A stretch of 32,000 nt of DNA from Alkanindiges sp. WGS2144 (GTDB lineage: Bacteria; Pseudomonadota; Gammaproteobacteria; Pseudomonadales; Moraxellaceae): assembly GCF_043950625.1 (NCBI RefSeq), contig NZ_CP171007.1; one strand, written 5' to 3'. Positions within the stretch are counted from its first letter, which is position 1; each line of letters opens with the position of its first letter. Positions 1 through 10,243 of this stretch are shown here, piece after piece. The translations under genes and the position numbers were made by a program. A model generated the notes under the pieces. The model did not search any database and was not told the DNA's origin. It saw only the letters and a list, made by a program, of their open reading frames with translations.

Positions 1-276
1 CACCTTGCGCCGTGTAGCAAGTACATCGCGTTCGGCCAGTGCATCGGTCAGGGTTTTTTGTGGGTCAAATGCAGTGATGGTGTTGGTTTTATTAATGCGC
101 TTAATTAAATCCATGAGCCCATCAGCCACCCGCTCAAATTCTTTCAGCAGTGCCTGAGGATCTTCGGCTGGTTGTTCGCCTTCTTGTACTTTGGCATTAT
201 TGCTCAGGCGCTGGCGCAGTTGACTAATACGCGTCATATAATCGGCGCGTAAAATTAATGCTTCGGCAAGTTTCAT
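1..276 (-). CDS. DIP1984/septicolysin-like family protein, N-terminal 92 codons (gene runs off the left edge)
   Basis: Absent from the ORF track because it is open at the window edge. The reverse complement of 276..1 reads MKLAEALILRADYMTRISQLRQRLSNNAKVQEGEQPAEDPQALLKEFERVADGLMDLIKRINKTNTITAFDPQKTLTDALAERDVLATRRKV with no stop. An AAGGAG Shine-Dalgarno (complement of 284-289) lies 7 nt upstream of the ATG. Family assignment is from memory of the MKLAEAL..RAD...VQEGE.PAEDP signature. Confidence 0.6.
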   Translation of the reverse strand, partial: MKLAEALILRADYMTRISQLRQRLSNNAKVQEGEQPAEDPQALLKEFERVADGLMDLIKRINKTNTITAFDPQKTLTDALAERDVLATRRKV

Positions 277-497
277 GCAGTCACTCCTTTAAGTTGTATC
301 CTGCTTGCTTAAAACAGATGAATAAGCATTAAAAATACATTGGAATGTCGTGTTTGCCTATGGTTTAAATGTAGGGCAGCGAGATGGGGTGCCGTGCAAG
401 CCAAGTGAAGATAGGCTAGTATCAGTCTCATCGATGAGTTGCCGATACCCCTACAGGGTTAGGCGAATAAAATCCACTGTCATCACTGGTGAAAGAG

Positions 498-1340
498 ATG
501 AAACAACTTTCCTCAAACCGTTGCTTTAACGGTGAGCAGCGCATTTATGAACATGAATCATCAATTGTTGGTTTACCCATGAAGTTTGGCGTGTACTTAC
601 CGCCGCAAGCCTTAAAAAGTGAAAGCAGGGGCGAGAAATGTAAAACCCTGTTTTATCTGGCAGGACTCACCTGTACTGAAGAAACCTTTGCCATTAAGGC
701 GCATGCACAACAATTGGCGTCCGAGTTGGGCTTTATTCTGGTGAGTCCGGACACCAGCCCGCGGGGAGATGTCGCACAAGGTGATCATTGGGATATCGGC
801 GAAGGGGCGGGTTTTTATATTGATGCGGTGCAAGAACCATGGGCACCGCACTATAAAATGGAAAGTTACATCACTCAGGAGTTATACCAGCTGGTACAGG
901 ATCATTTTCCCGTTGAAGCGGGCAAAGTGGGTATTTTTGGCCACTCCATGGGCGGTCATGGCGCCTTAACACTGGCATTTAAATATCCTGAACTTTACAG
1001 CTCGGTTTCTGCCTTTGCACCTATTGCAGCACCGGTTGACTGTGCTTGGGGGCAAAAGGCGTTCAGGCACTATCTGGGCAACAATGAAGAAGAATGGCAG
1101 GCGCATGATGCCAGCCGTTTAATTGCCAAAAAGGGTAAACAGTTTCAAAATATTCTGGTGGATCAGGGCACTGCTGACCAGTTTCTGGAGCAGCTTTGTA
1201 TTGATCAGCTGGAAACAGCTTGTCAGGAGTCAGGGCAGCCGATTACCCTAAGATTCCATACTGGCTATGATCATGGTTATTACTTTATTCAAAGTTTTAT
1301 GCAGGATCATTTAAACTTTCATGCGGAGCAATTGCAGTAA
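498..1340 (+). CDS. fghA: S-formylglutathione hydrolase / esterase D
   Basis: ORF 489-1340. Full-length resemblance to FghA/esterase D (VYLPPQA..., FYLAGLTCTEETF, serine-hydrolase GHSMGGHGAL, C-terminal GYDHGYYFI). The ATG at 498 (MKQLSS...) is preferred over the GTG at 489. Confidence 0.9.
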   Translation: MKQLSSNRCFNGEQRIYEHESSIVGLPMKFGVYLPPQALKSESRGEKCKTLFYLAGLTCTEETFAIKAHAQQLASELGFILVSPDTSPRGDVAQGDHWDIGEGAGFYIDAVQEPWAPHYKMESYITQELYQLVQDHFPVEAGKVGIFGHSMGGHGALTLAFKYPELYSSVSAFAPIAAPVDCAWGQKAFRHYLGNNEEEWQAHDASRLIAKKGKQFQNILVDQGTADQFLEQLCIDQLETACQESGQPITLRFHTGYDHGYYFIQSFMQDHLNFHAEQLQ

Positions 1341-1446
1341 TAGCAATATTTAGCCCAAAAATACAGCAGCGCTCTGACAAAACCTTAATTTTCTGCTAAG
1401 GTTGCGCTGCTTTATAGTGCAGAGCCAGTTGATGGAATTACCAGCC

Positions 1447-2133
1447 ATGTCAAAGAATTATTTAATTGCCCCGTCCATTTTATCTGCTGATTTTGCCCGC
1501 CTTGGTGAGGAAGTAGACAAAGTATTGGCCGCCGGGGCGGATGTGGTGCACTTTGATGTGATGGACAACCACTATGTGCCGAACCTGACTTTTGGTGCAG
1601 GTGTGTGTAAAGCGCTTAAAAATTATGGCATTACAGCACCCATTGATGTGCACTTAATGGTGAGCCCGGTAGATCGTATTATTGGGGATTTTCTGGAGGC
1701 TGGGGCAGATATTATTACCTTTCATCCCGAAGCATCGAGTCATATTGACCGTTCCTTGCAACTGATCAAGTCAGGCGGGGCCAAGGCGGGTCTGGTATTT
1801 AACCCGGCCACGCCACTGCATTATCTGGATTACGTACTGGACAAGGTAGACCAGATTTTACTAATGAGTGTCAACCCGGGCTTTGGTGGGCAAAAATTTA
1901 TTCCCATGACGCTGGAAAAGCTGAGGGAAACCCGCAAGATTATTGATGACAGTGGCTTTCATATTCGCCTTGAAGTGGATGGTGGTGTATCAGCGCAAAA
2001 TATCCGTGAAATTGCTGAGGCTGGAGCGGATATGTTTGTGGCTGGTTCGGCTATTTTTGGTAAGCCGGACTACAAGGCAGTGATTGATGCCATGCGTAGT
2101 GAGCTGGCCAAGGTAGGTAGTTTTAGCGCTTAA
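1447..2133 (+). CDS. rpe: ribulose-phosphate 3-epimerase
   Basis: ORF 1402-2133. From the ATG at 1447 the protein reads [23 protein letters not shown]...[16 protein letters not shown]...[13 protein letters not shown]...EVDGGV, collinear with E. coli Rpe. Confidence 0.93.
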   Translation: MSKNYLIAPSILSADFARLGEEVDKVLAAGADVVHFDVMDNHYVPNLTFGAGVCKALKNYGITAPIDVHLMVSPVDRIIGDFLEAGADIITFHPEASSHIDRSLQLIKSGGAKAGLVFNPATPLHYLDYVLDKVDQILLMSVNPGFGGQKFIPMTLEKLRETRKIIDDSGFHIRLEVDGGVSAQNIREIAEAGADMFVAGSAIFGKPDYKAVIDAMRSELAKVGSFSA

Positions 2134-2156
2134 CAGTGAAAACACTATAAAACGGT

Positions 2157-2187
2157 GGGGGTAAACTTAAAGTTATCCCCATTTTTT
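2157..2187 (+). terminator. putative intrinsic terminator of rpe
   Basis: GGGGGTAA (2157-2164) pairs with TTATCCCC (2173-2180), including one G-U. An 8-nt loop is followed by A+TTTTTT (2181-2187), 24 nt after the rpe stop. Confidence 0.6.
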
Positions 2188-2337
2188 AGGGATAAACTTG
2201 TGGATAAGGCTGTTTATATTTTCTATAAAAATAGTAAGTGACTGTAATATAGGGAAATTTAAAAAGATTCTCCGGCTGTTAGCGCAATGAGCAATAAATT
2301 TAAATAGTGCTACCTTGCAAGCAGTTTTTATCGCCTA

Positions 2338-3564
2338 TCAGTTAGAATACACCGGTGGAAGATCAAATACCTGTCGCAAATACGCCAAAAAGGTTTCGTC
2401 CGTACTCATGGTTTTCCCCGGGCTATCCGACAGTTTAGCCACTGATTGACCATTACATTGCACCAGTTTAAGCACAATGTTTAAAGGCACCTGTCCCATA
2501 TCATTGGTCAGATTCGTGCCAATGCCAAAACTGGTCTGGAAACGATCCTTAAAATATTGATACAGCTGCCAGGCTCGCTCCAGATTTAAGCCATCGCTGA
2601 AGGTCAGCATTTTGGTTTTGGGATCAATCCGCAATTTTAAATAATGAGCATGTGCCTTATCGCCCCATGCAAACGGGTCACCACTATCATGGCGCAAACC
2701 GTCAAACAGCTTGGCGAAATACAAGTCAAAGTCGCGCAAAAATGCGTCCATTCCTACCACATCGGTGAGTGCAATACCCAGGTCACCCCGGTATTCATGC
2801 ACCCAGCTTTCAAGCGCTGCAATCTGAAAATCCCGCAAGCGTACATTAAGCGCCTGAAAGGCCTGCAAAAACTCATGTGCCATAGTGCCAATCGGACTGA
2901 TGCCCAGTTGCATGGCTAAGTAAACATTGCTGGTACCACGAAATACTTGTGGTGCAGCAGTATGCAGGGTTTTTACCACATGGTTTTGCCAAACGTAGCT
3001 ATAACGTCGTCTAGTACCAAAATCTGAGATCAAAAAAGGAGTTTCATTGCCATGTTGCTGCTGTGCATATTGTTTGAGTAAGACTACTTTGGCTTGCAGG
3101 CGTTTTTCTCCCTCAGCCAAAACTGCCGGGGTTTTGAGTCGCCTGAAATACAATTCATTGATAATAGCCAGCACAAAAATTTCAAAAAACATGGCCTGAA
3201 TCATAGGCCCTTCTACCACAATATCCAGTGAGCCATGGGCATCAATACGAGTGGTAATAAAACGGCGCTTTAATTGAAACAGTTCCAGATAGTCAACAAA
3301 GTCCGCCTTGATAAAACGCAGGCTGCGTAAGTAGTCCAGTTCCTTGGGTTTAAATTTTAGGGTACATAAGATATCCAGTTCCTGATCCAGCTCATCTTTG
3401 ATTTGCCCCAAAGGATAAGCCGCTTTATCTTCATTACGGCAGCGAAAATGATAAACACTATGCGTTGCAGGGAACTGATGCAAAATGACTTGTAGCATCG
3501 TGAACTTATATAGGTCAGTATCCAGTAGGGATTGAATAATAGCGGTCGGTGGATAGGTATTCAT
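2338..3564 (-). CDS. pncB: nicotinate phosphoribosyltransferase
   Basis: 408-aa ORF. N-terminus [17 protein letters not shown], plus FGTRRR and GTMAHEF motifs typical of PncB. Confidence 0.92.
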   Translation of the reverse strand: MNTYPPTAIIQSLLDTDLYKFTMLQVILHQFPATHSVYHFRCRNEDKAAYPLGQIKDELDQELDILCTLKFKPKELDYLRSLRFIKADFVDYLELFQLKRRFITTRIDAHGSLDIVVEGPMIQAMFFEIFVLAIINELYFRRLKTPAVLAEGEKRLQAKVVLLKQYAQQQHGNETPFLISDFGTRRRYSYVWQNHVVKTLHTAAPQVFRGTSNVYLAMQLGISPIGTMAHEFLQAFQALNVRLRDFQIAALESWVHEYRGDLGIALTDVVGMDAFLRDFDLYFAKLFDGLRHDSGDPFAWGDKAHAHYLKLRIDPKTKMLTFSDGLNLERAWQLYQYFKDRFQTSFGIGTNLTNDMGQVPLNIVLKLVQCNGQSVAKLSDSPGKTMSTDETFLAYLRQVFDLPPVYSN

Positions 3565-3794
3565 TGCCTTGATAAAACAAGCTAAAACACTATTAAAGCA
3601 TGCAAAAATAGGTGTTTAACAATACCCCTTATATTTTATAACCGGTCAGTTTTAAAGTAGGCGTCAGGTATAACAAATGTTTGCGATATATCGGAAAATA
3701 ATGGTTAAAAATGATACAAAATAATATGTAAACGAATTGTGATTTTATGTAAGTAGTGTAAACTGGCTCAATGAATGAGATAGCGTTTTGATGG

Positions 3795-4298
3795 GTGCAA
3801 GCTATGCCGAATCGTGTACTTCAACCAGTCTGGCAATTAATGGTCTTTACCGGAATCTGCCTGCTCTGGACTGGCTTAAGCACAATTTTAATGTATTTTG
3901 CTTTAAATGGCTTGTATGCACCGGCGAGTGTAATACTGCATGCGGCAGCCCCATGGTACGATTTTTTATTTCAGGTGTGTTTGTTCTGGCTTAGCCTGAT
4001 TGCAGCGGGTATCGGCTTGGCACATATGACATTCACCCGGCACTGGTATCATTCCCTGCGCAATATCATTAGCCTGTGGCAAGGGATTATTGGGCAGCAG
4101 TGGAAAATGCTCAGCTTTATTTTGCTATTAAGCTATACGGCGTTAGCCTTTATGGTGTATGTGGTGCAAAAAAATACCGGTTTTGATGGTCAACTGTTAT
4201 TGGCCGTGACCGCTGCTGCATTGGTGATGTTTAGCCGTGATATTAGTCAGCAGGCGTTGTATATGATTGCCAAAGTGAATTCAGGTGCTTCAGTGTAA
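3795..4298 (+). CDS. hypothetical integral membrane protein
   Basis: 167-aa ORF with about 4 hydrophobic spans. It is followed by a clean terminator. The start could be the GTG at 3795 or the ATG at 3804. No family recognised. Confidence 0.6.
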   Translation: MQAMPNRVLQPVWQLMVFTGICLLWTGLSTILMYFALNGLYAPASVILHAAAPWYDFLFQVCLFWLSLIAAGIGLAHMTFTRHWYHSLRNIISLWQGIIGQQWKMLSFILLLSYTALAFMVYVVQKNTGFDGQLLLAVTAAALVMFSRDISQQALYMIAKVNSGASV

Positions 4299-4327
4299 TA
4301 CTTCGGTACCATTAATTGCGTACTTTG

Positions 4328-4350
4328 CCCGCCATTCCGGCGGGTTTTTT
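4328..4350 (+). terminator. intrinsic terminator
   Basis: CCCGCC (4328-4333) / GGCGGG (4339-4344) stem, 5-nt loop, T6 (4345-4350). Confidence 0.75.
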
Positions 4351-4550
4351 GTGCCTGATCTTTCTTTAGCTAGAAAAGCTGCATTTACGGGCTTACTACA
4401 TTACTTGCTGAAATAACCGGCTCTGTTACCAAGTCTGACTGCAAAGCTGAGCTTACTTGAGTAGGCTAAATAAATATTATTTTTAATCAGTACTTAAGTG
4501 ATGCACTGTCTTGTTTGTAAGTCAAGTGCAAAAAAATCAGGAGATAACTC

Positions 4551-4772
4551 ATGAGTGTAGCAAGAAATTTTGAAGTATCCAGCACCTCAACCCAGAGCTT
4601 TGAAGATGCCATCAATAAGGGAATTGAGCGTATTACCCGTTCTCACCACGGCATAAAAGGAGCGTGGATTAAAGAGCAAAAAGTAGACATTACTGATGGT
4701 AAAATTACCAACTACAACGTGATGATGATTATTACCGCTATGCTGGATGATGGACAAAACGTTAACCAGTAA
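4551..4772 (+). CDS. dodecin-family (flavin-binding) small protein
   Basis: 73-aa ORF with AGGAGA 6 nt upstream. The pattern ...SSTSTQSFEDAINKGIERITRSHHGIKGAWIKEQKVDITDGKITNYNV... matches the dodecin/DUF1458 fold signature from memory. Confidence 0.75.
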   Translation: MSVARNFEVSSTSTQSFEDAINKGIERITRSHHGIKGAWIKEQKVDITDGKITNYNVMMIITAMLDDGQNVNQ

Positions 4773-4787
4773 GCAGCAGACATCATA

Positions 4788-4811
4788 AGCCAGCAGATGC
4801 TGGCTTTTTTG
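4788..4811 (+). terminator. intrinsic terminator
   Basis: AGCCAGC (4788-4794) / GCTGGCT (4799-4805) stem, 4-nt loop, then a T-run. Confidence 0.75.
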
Positions 4812-4941
4812 TTTTTATAGGCTTTAATGGATGCGCTGAGCAATAAAAGCCAGCTAAAAATCAATCATTTGGAAAATGCTGTCAAATGGGTTAAGGTAGG
4901 GTAGCACGACCAAGATAATTGCAAATATAAGGAGGAGGAAA

Positions 4942-5538
4942 GTGCTCTATATTATTATTCTTATTAGTGTAATGGCCATAATTTTATTTGCCTCATCCCC
5001 CGAATTTAAAGGTAAGCGTATTACTGCACTTGCCAGAAGACGTCTGGATGAGCGCTATGAAATGCTGCAAGGTCAGGTTTTGCCAGATGTGCAGGCTGGC
5101 ACGATTAAAATGGGGCATATGGTGCTTAGTCCTTTTGGCATTTTTGTGGTGAAATCGAAAAAATATCCGGGCTGGATCTACGGTCAGGCTGGCGAAAAGT
5201 TTTGGACGCAAAAGCTATTTGGCACGAAGACAGAACTTAAGAATCCCCTGCTGCAAAATGAACAGCGTATGGCTGCCCTGACCAAACTGTTACACGGCCT
5301 GGTTGACCCACAGCATATTCATTCAGTCGTGACATTCCCGCTGCAAAGTACCTTTAAAACCCCTATGCCTGCAAACGTAGTGCAGGGTAGCGCGTGGATT
5401 GACTATATTAGGCAGTTTCAGCAGCCGGTATTTACCCCAGAACAACTGGCGCAGATTCGGGAGCGTATCAAGCAAAGTGCTATGGGCAAGGAAGCTGAGG
5501 CTGTGCATGTTCAGCGTCAGGAAAAGCATGCGCATTAA
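4942..5538 (+). CDS. NERD (nuclease-related domain) protein with N-terminal transmembrane helix
   Basis: GTG start preceded by AAGGAGGAGG. An N-terminal hydrophobic helix is followed by ...GHMVLSPFGIFVVKSKKYPGWIYG...FWTQKLFG...KNPLLQNEQRMAAL, the NERD pattern. Confidence 0.8.
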   Translation: MLYIIILISVMAIILFASSPEFKGKRITALARRRLDERYEMLQGQVLPDVQAGTIKMGHMVLSPFGIFVVKSKKYPGWIYGQAGEKFWTQKLFGTKTELKNPLLQNEQRMAALTKLLHGLVDPQHIHSVVTFPLQSTFKTPMPANVVQGSAWIDYIRQFQQPVFTPEQLAQIRERIKQSAMGKEAEAVHVQRQEKHAH

Positions 5539-5572
5539 GTGCCTCGCTAGCTTCTAGATTATTAACGACCCT

Positions 5573-5611
5573 CTGCTACCGCAGGCTGGATTTAATTCCA
5601 TGCGGTAGCAG
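5573..5611. terminator. hairpin between convergent genes (possible bidirectional terminator)
   Basis: Perfect 11-bp arms CTGCTACCGCA (5573-5583) / TGCGGTAGCAG (5601-5611) with a 17-nt loop. There is no T-run on either side, so terminator function is uncertain. Confidence 0.35.
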
Positions 5612-5621
5612 TATCCACTCT

Positions 5622-5876
5622 CTAGAGTTTTAGTGCTTCCTTTGCAGGACTTGCATTATAAAAGGATTGGCGTGAGAATGCATAATCGTTCAGTAAACCC
5701 CGTTGTAGCTGAATATGGTAAATTTCTCCTTCTTTAAGCGCTGCATTAAAACCATCCCATTGTTTATAGATATACAGTTTTTCATTACTGATGGGTGCGT
5801 TAAACCAACCTGTAAATTGATTGCTGGCGTTTGGATTATCTATTGGTAGCCATTCGGCAGGGTTTAGCTTAGACAA
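5622..5876 (-). CDS. hypothetical small protein (weakly supported)
   Basis: 84-aa ORF with protein-like composition. The only possible start is TTG, with no Shine-Dalgarno, and it begins right after the nrdB terminator. No family recognised. Confidence 0.35.
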   Translation of the reverse strand: MSKLNPAEWLPIDNPNASNQFTGWFNAPISNEKLYIYKQWDGFNAALKEGEIYHIQLQRGLLNDYAFSRQSFYNASPAKEALKL

Positions 5877-5905
5877 TAATATAGGGCAGGAAATTTTAAA
5901 GAAAT

Positions 5906-5931
5906 AAAAAAAGCAGAATACGGGATTCTGC
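5906..5931 (-). terminator. intrinsic terminator of nrdB
   Basis: On the minus strand: GCAGAAT-CCCGT-ATTCTGC followed by T7 (complement of 5906-5912), 25 nt after the nrdB stop. Confidence 0.8.
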
Positions 5932-5955
5932 CTTTTAAGCTAATCTGGCAATATC

Positions 5956-7248
5956 TTACCAGCTCAACGCACCACCAGTCTGATAGTCTGTGACTCGCGT
6001 TTCAAAGAAATTCTTTTCTTTGCGCAAGTCCATCATTTCCGACATCCAGGCAAACGGGTTGGTCACGCCAGTGTATTGCTCTGGTAGGCCAAGCTGGGTC
6101 AGGCGACGGTTAGCAATGAACTTTAAATATTCTTCCATCATGGCGGCGTTCATGCCTAGCACACCGCGCGGCATGGTATCACGTGCGTATTCAATTTCCA
6201 GAATAGTACCTTCCAGAATCATTTGAATCACTTCCTGCTGGAACTCTTTGCTCCACAAATGCGGGTTTTCGATTTTGATCTGGTTGATCATGTCGATACC
6301 GAAGTTCAGGTGCATGGATTCATCACGCAAAATATACTGGAATTGTTCGGCTACGCCCGTCATTTTATTGCGACGACCCATGGACAAAATCTGGGTAAAG
6401 CCACAGTAGAAGAAAATGCCTTCCAGCACACAATAAAATGCAATCAGGTTGCGCAGTAAAATCTGGTCGCTTTCTGGAGTACCAGTTTTAAAGGTGGGGT
6501 CACCCAGGCTCTGTGTGTACTTCAAGCCCCAGGCGGCTTTGCGTGCCACGCTTGGTACTTCCCGGTACATATTGAATACCTCGCCTTCATCCATGCCCAG
6601 CGACTGAATGCAATATTGGTAGGCGTGGGTGTGAATGGCTTCTTCAAAAGCCTGACGCAGCAAATACTGGCGGCATTCCGGGTTGGTAATGTGGCGGTAT
6701 AAAGCCAGCACTAGATTGTTTGCCACCAGAGAATCAGCGGTCGCAAAAAAGCCTAATGAACGCATCACAATGCGGCGCTCATCTTCGGTCAGGCCATTTT
6801 CTGATTTCCACAGTGCAATGTCAGCAGTCATGTTGACTTCTTGCGGCATCCAGTGGTTGGCACAACCGTCCAGATATTTTTGCCATGCCCATTCATACTT
6901 GAAGGGTACTAACTGGTTAAGGTCAGCGCGGCAGTTGATCATGGCCTTGTCGTCCACCTGCACGCGCTCTGCACCCATTTCCAGTTCTTCGAGGCCAGGG
7001 GCAACGTCTAGCTGGTTTAAAGCGTTAGCAGCACGTTCTACCGCACTTCCTGCCACTGAATTGGCGCTGACAGGCTGAGCTGGTGCTGCGCTAGCGGGTT
7101 GAACATCAGCCACTGGCGCTTTTGCTGCTGGTGCAGCAGATACCAGCGGTGCAGTGTCCTTTTGCGGCGGTGCGACTGGCGCAGGTTTGGTCGCGATAGC
7201 AGTGTTCTTCGCATCATCTTCAAAATCATCCCAGCTTAGAATGGACAT
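5956..7248 (-). CDS. nrdB: class Ia ribonucleotide reductase beta subunit with Ala/Pro-rich N-terminal extension
   Basis: ORF 5956-7269. The ferritin-like core ([10 protein letters not shown]...EEAIHTHAY...[10 protein letters not shown]...) is collinear with Pseudomonas-type NrdB. The ATG at 7248 ([12 protein letters not shown]) is preferred because AAAGAGGA lies just upstream. Confidence 0.95.
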   Translation of the reverse strand: MSILSWDDFEDDAKNTAIATKPAPVAPPQKDTAPLVSAAPAAKAPVADVQPASAAPAQPVSANSVAGSAVERAANALNQLDVAPGLEELEMGAERVQVDDKAMINCRADLNQLVPFKYEWAWQKYLDGCANHWMPQEVNMTADIALWKSENGLTEDERRIVMRSLGFFATADSLVANNLVLALYRHITNPECRQYLLRQAFEEAIHTHAYQYCIQSLGMDEGEVFNMYREVPSVARKAAWGLKYTQSLGDPTFKTGTPESDQILLRNLIAFYCVLEGIFFYCGFTQILSMGRRNKMTGVAEQFQYILRDESMHLNFGIDMINQIKIENPHLWSKEFQQEVIQMILEGTILEIEYARDTMPRGVLGMNAAMMEEYLKFIANRRLTQLGLPEQYTGVTNPFAWMSEMMDLRKEKNFFETRVTDYQTGGALSW

Positions 7249-7300
7249 GACTAAATCCTCTTTTACCAAAAGTCTTAACGACCTTCTTTAAATTTTTGTA

Positions 7301-7327
7301 GCAAGCAGGCTGATAGCGGCTGCTTGC
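7301..7327 (-). other. intercistronic hairpin between nrdA and nrdB
   Basis: 8-bp arms GCAAGCAG (7301-7308) / CTGCTTGC (7320-7327) with an 11-nt loop, in the 89-nt nrdA-nrdB spacer. No U-run, so more likely an mRNA stability or processing element than a terminator. Confidence 0.4.
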
Positions 7328-7337
7328 CAGGCTTTAA

Positions 7338-10163
7338 TTACTGACACGCCTCACAGTCCGGGTTGTCAATGCTGCAGGCTTGTGGCACTGGTGCAGCATT
7401 GGTAAAACCGTCTTCCTCACTCACTGGAGCAGCCTCTACCACTGGCGCGGCTGGAGCGGTTTTAACAGCATTTAATGCACCGGTATTAATAGTAGATTTT
7501 TCTGCCGAGGTCGCTCCCAGAGCACGCAGGTAATAGGTGGTTTTCAGGCCACGCAACCAGGCCATTTTGTAGGTGATATCCAGCTTTTTACCATTGGCAC
7601 CGGCAATATACAGGTTGAGCGATTGTGCCTGATCAATCCACTTTTGGCGGCGACTGGCGGCGTCCACAATCCAGCGCGGTTCCACTTCAAAGGCAGTGGC
7701 AAACAGTGCTTTCAAATCATCTGGAATGCGGGCAATTTTTTGTACCGAACCCTCGTAGTGTTTCAGGTCATTAACCATCACCACATCCCAAAGATTACGT
7801 TCTTTTAATGCACGCACCAGATATGGATTAATGACGGTAAACTCACCTGACAGGTTGGACTTCACATACAGGTTCTGGAAGGTTGGTTCAATGGATTGTG
7901 CCACCCCACAAATGTTGGAAATGGTTGCCGTTGGGGCAATCGCCATCACGTTGGAGTTACGCATACCGTCTTTTTTGACTTTCTTGCGTAGAGCATCCCA
8001 GTCCAGCGTCTGGCTACGGTCTACGTCAAACATGCGCTCAGGACGTGACTTGGCCACAATTTCCAGTGAGTCAATGGGTAAAATACCCTGATCCCACAGA
8101 GAACCTTTAAAGGTGCTATAACTGCCACGCTCAACGGCCAGCTCACTAGAGGTATGAATCGCATGGTAGCTAATCGCTTCCATAGAGCGGTCGGCAAATT
8201 CAACTGCCTCGGATGAACCATAGGCAATGTTCAGTTCATATAGCGCATCCTGAAAGCCCATGATCCCCATGCCCACGGGACGGTGCTTCAGGTTGGAGTT
8301 TTTGGCCTGTGGCACGGCGTAATAGTTGATATCAATTACGTTATCCAGCATACGTACAGCGGTCTTGATAGTGGCTTTTAACTTTTTGCTATCCAGTTTG
8401 CCATCTTTAATATGTTTCACCAGATTGATAGAGCCCAGATTACATACCGCAATTTCATCCTTGCTGGTGTTTAAGGTGATTTCAGTGCACAGATTAGAAG
8501 AGTGCACCACGCCCACGTGCTGCTGCGGCGAGCGCAAGTTGCACACATCCTTAAAGGTAATCCACGGATGACCAGTTTCAAACAGCATGGACAGCATTTT
8601 GCGCCACAGGTCCTGTGCACGCAGGCGCTTAAATAGCTTGAGCTTGCCGTCACGGGTTCGCTGCTCATAAAACTCGTACTTTTCTTTAAACGCCAGACCA
8701 GTTAAGTCATGCAGTTCCGGCACGTCAGATGGACTAAACAGTGTCCATTCGCCATCTTCAATCACACGCTGCATAAACAGGTCGGGCACCCAGTTGGCGG
8801 TGTTCATGTCATGCGTGCGGCGACGATCATCACCGGTGTTCTTACGCAGCTCTAAAAATTCTTCAATATCCAGATGCCAGCTTTCAAGATAAGCACATAC
8901 CGCACCTTTACGCTTGCCGCCCTGATTCACGGCAACCGCCGTATCATTCACCACTTTTAAGAACGGCACCACGCCTTGCGATTTACCATTGGTACCTTTA
9001 ATGGAGGAGTTTAAGGCACGCACTGGTGTCCAGTCGTTGCCCAGGCCGCCAGCCCATTTGGACAGCATGGCATTGTCCTGAATGGCACCATAAATACCGT
9101 GCAGGTCATCCGGCACCGTGGTCAGGTAGCAGCTGGAAAGCTGTGAACGTAGTGTGCCAGAGTTAAACAGGGTAGGCGTGGAGGCCATGTAGTCAAAGCT
9201 GGATAACAGGTTATAAAACTCAATCGCCCGCTCTTCACGCTTGCCTTCGTTTAAAGCCAGGCCCATGGACACACGCATAAAGAATAGTTGCGGCAACTCA
9301 AAACGGATGCCTTCACTATGGATAAAATAGCGGTCATACAGGGTTTGCAGGCCCAGGTAAGTAAACTGGTTGCTGCGTTCTGATACGATCGCTGCTTTTA
9401 GTTTATCCAGATCAAACTTTAATAGCTCTGGGTCTAGCAGCTCAAGCTGGGTACCCTTTTTAAGGAATACCGGCAGTGCTTCGTTTTCTGGCGTATCGAG
9501 CGGCAAGCCCAGAAAGGACAGTCCTTCCTTGAGCAAGTCGTTACGCAATAAGCGAGCGGTTACATAGGTATAGTCCGGCTCCTGCTCAATGCGGGTGCGG
9601 GTTGCCATCATCATGGTGGTGGAAATGTCATCTTCATTCACGCCGTTGTATAAATTACGCACGGTTTCATCAATGATGGCTTGTGTATCAATCCCTTGCA
9701 GACCTTGCGCTGCCTGTTCAATGCTTTGTTGCAATGCCCTTAAATCCAGGGGCTTGAGCTGACCATTGGCATCCAGAATTTGCAGGGTAGGATGATGATT
9801 GGCCTGATCCTGCTGGCGCAAAGTCGCCTGTTTTTCACGATAGATGACATAGGCACGGGCAATTTTATGCTCACCAGTGCGCATCAGGGCCAGTTCCACC
9901 TGATCCTGAATTTCCTCAATATGAACTGTGCCCCCGGAAGGCATACGCCGTTTAAAGGTATTTTCTACCATCTCGGTGAGCTGATGAACGCGATCATGAA
10001 TACGGCTTGAGTTAGACGCTTGCTGACCTTCCACTGCCAAAAATGCTTTACTGATCGCAACGGCAATTTTCTCGTTGTCATAGGGAACAACGCCGCCATT
10101 ACGTTTAATGACCCGGAACTGACCGGGAACCACCATGGAATCTTGACCAACTGGAGCATTCAT
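7338..10163 (-). CDS. nrdA: class Ia ribonucleotide reductase alpha subunit (tandem ATP-cone N-terminus)
   Basis: 941-aa ORF. An ATP-cone (VIKRNGGVVPYDNEKI...) is followed by a second degenerate cone. Catalytic motifs are present (SSCYL, NLCTEI, C-terminal redox cysteines ...CSIDNPDCEACQ). Confidence 0.97.
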   Translation of the reverse strand: MNAPVGQDSMVVPGQFRVIKRNGGVVPYDNEKIAVAISKAFLAVEGQQASNSSRIHDRVHQLTEMVENTFKRRMPSGGTVHIEEIQDQVELALMRTGEHKIARAYVIYREKQATLRQQDQANHHPTLQILDANGQLKPLDLRALQQSIEQAAQGLQGIDTQAIIDETVRNLYNGVNEDDISTTMMMATRTRIEQEPDYTYVTARLLRNDLLKEGLSFLGLPLDTPENEALPVFLKKGTQLELLDPELLKFDLDKLKAAIVSERSNQFTYLGLQTLYDRYFIHSEGIRFELPQLFFMRVSMGLALNEGKREERAIEFYNLLSSFDYMASTPTLFNSGTLRSQLSSCYLTTVPDDLHGIYGAIQDNAMLSKWAGGLGNDWTPVRALNSSIKGTNGKSQGVVPFLKVVNDTAVAVNQGGKRKGAVCAYLESWHLDIEEFLELRKNTGDDRRRTHDMNTANWVPDLFMQRVIEDGEWTLFSPSDVPELHDLTGLAFKEKYEFYEQRTRDGKLKLFKRLRAQDLWRKMLSMLFETGHPWITFKDVCNLRSPQQHVGVVHSSNLCTEITLNTSKDEIAVCNLGSINLVKHIKDGKLDSKKLKATIKTAVRMLDNVIDINYYAVPQAKNSNLKHRPVGMGIMGFQDALYELNIAYGSSEAVEFADRSMEAISYHAIHTSSELAVERGSYSTFKGSLWDQGILPIDSLEIVAKSRPERMFDVDRSQTLDWDALRKKVKKDGMRNSNVMAIAPTATISNICGVAQSIEPTFQNLYVKSNLSGEFTVINPYLVRALKERNLWDVVMVNDLKHYEGSVQKIARIPDDLKALFATAFEVEPRWIVDAASRRQKWIDQAQSLNLYIAGANGKKLDITYKMAWLRGLKTTYYLRALGATSAEKSTINTGALNAVKTAPAAPVVEAAPVSEEDGFTNAAPVPQACSIDNPDCEACQ

Positions 10164-10243
10164 AACCGCTTTCCTCCCTAAAATGTAGCATGTTGATGGC
10201 GCAAAACAGTAGCACAGGCATTTTGGCTAGATATTAGGCAAAA

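Noticed and set aside
3788-3994. 68-aa ORF overlapping the start of the 3795-4298 membrane-protein gene
   Set aside because: It is an alternative frame of the same region. The longer frame has coherent transmembrane segments and a terminator.
6950-7248. Ala/Pro-rich ~95-aa N-terminal extension of NrdB (and Ala/Pro-rich tail of NrdA) as a novelty
   Set aside because: From memory, Pseudomonas-type class Ia NrdB proteins carry a comparable low-complexity N-terminal extension (MLSWDEFD...). It is most likely a lineage feature.
5990-10159. Numerous 60-130-aa ORFs antisense to or out of frame with nrdB/nrdA
   Set aside because: They are fully embedded in two strongly supported, highly conserved genes. 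This is typical of shadow ORFs in GC-richer coding DNA.
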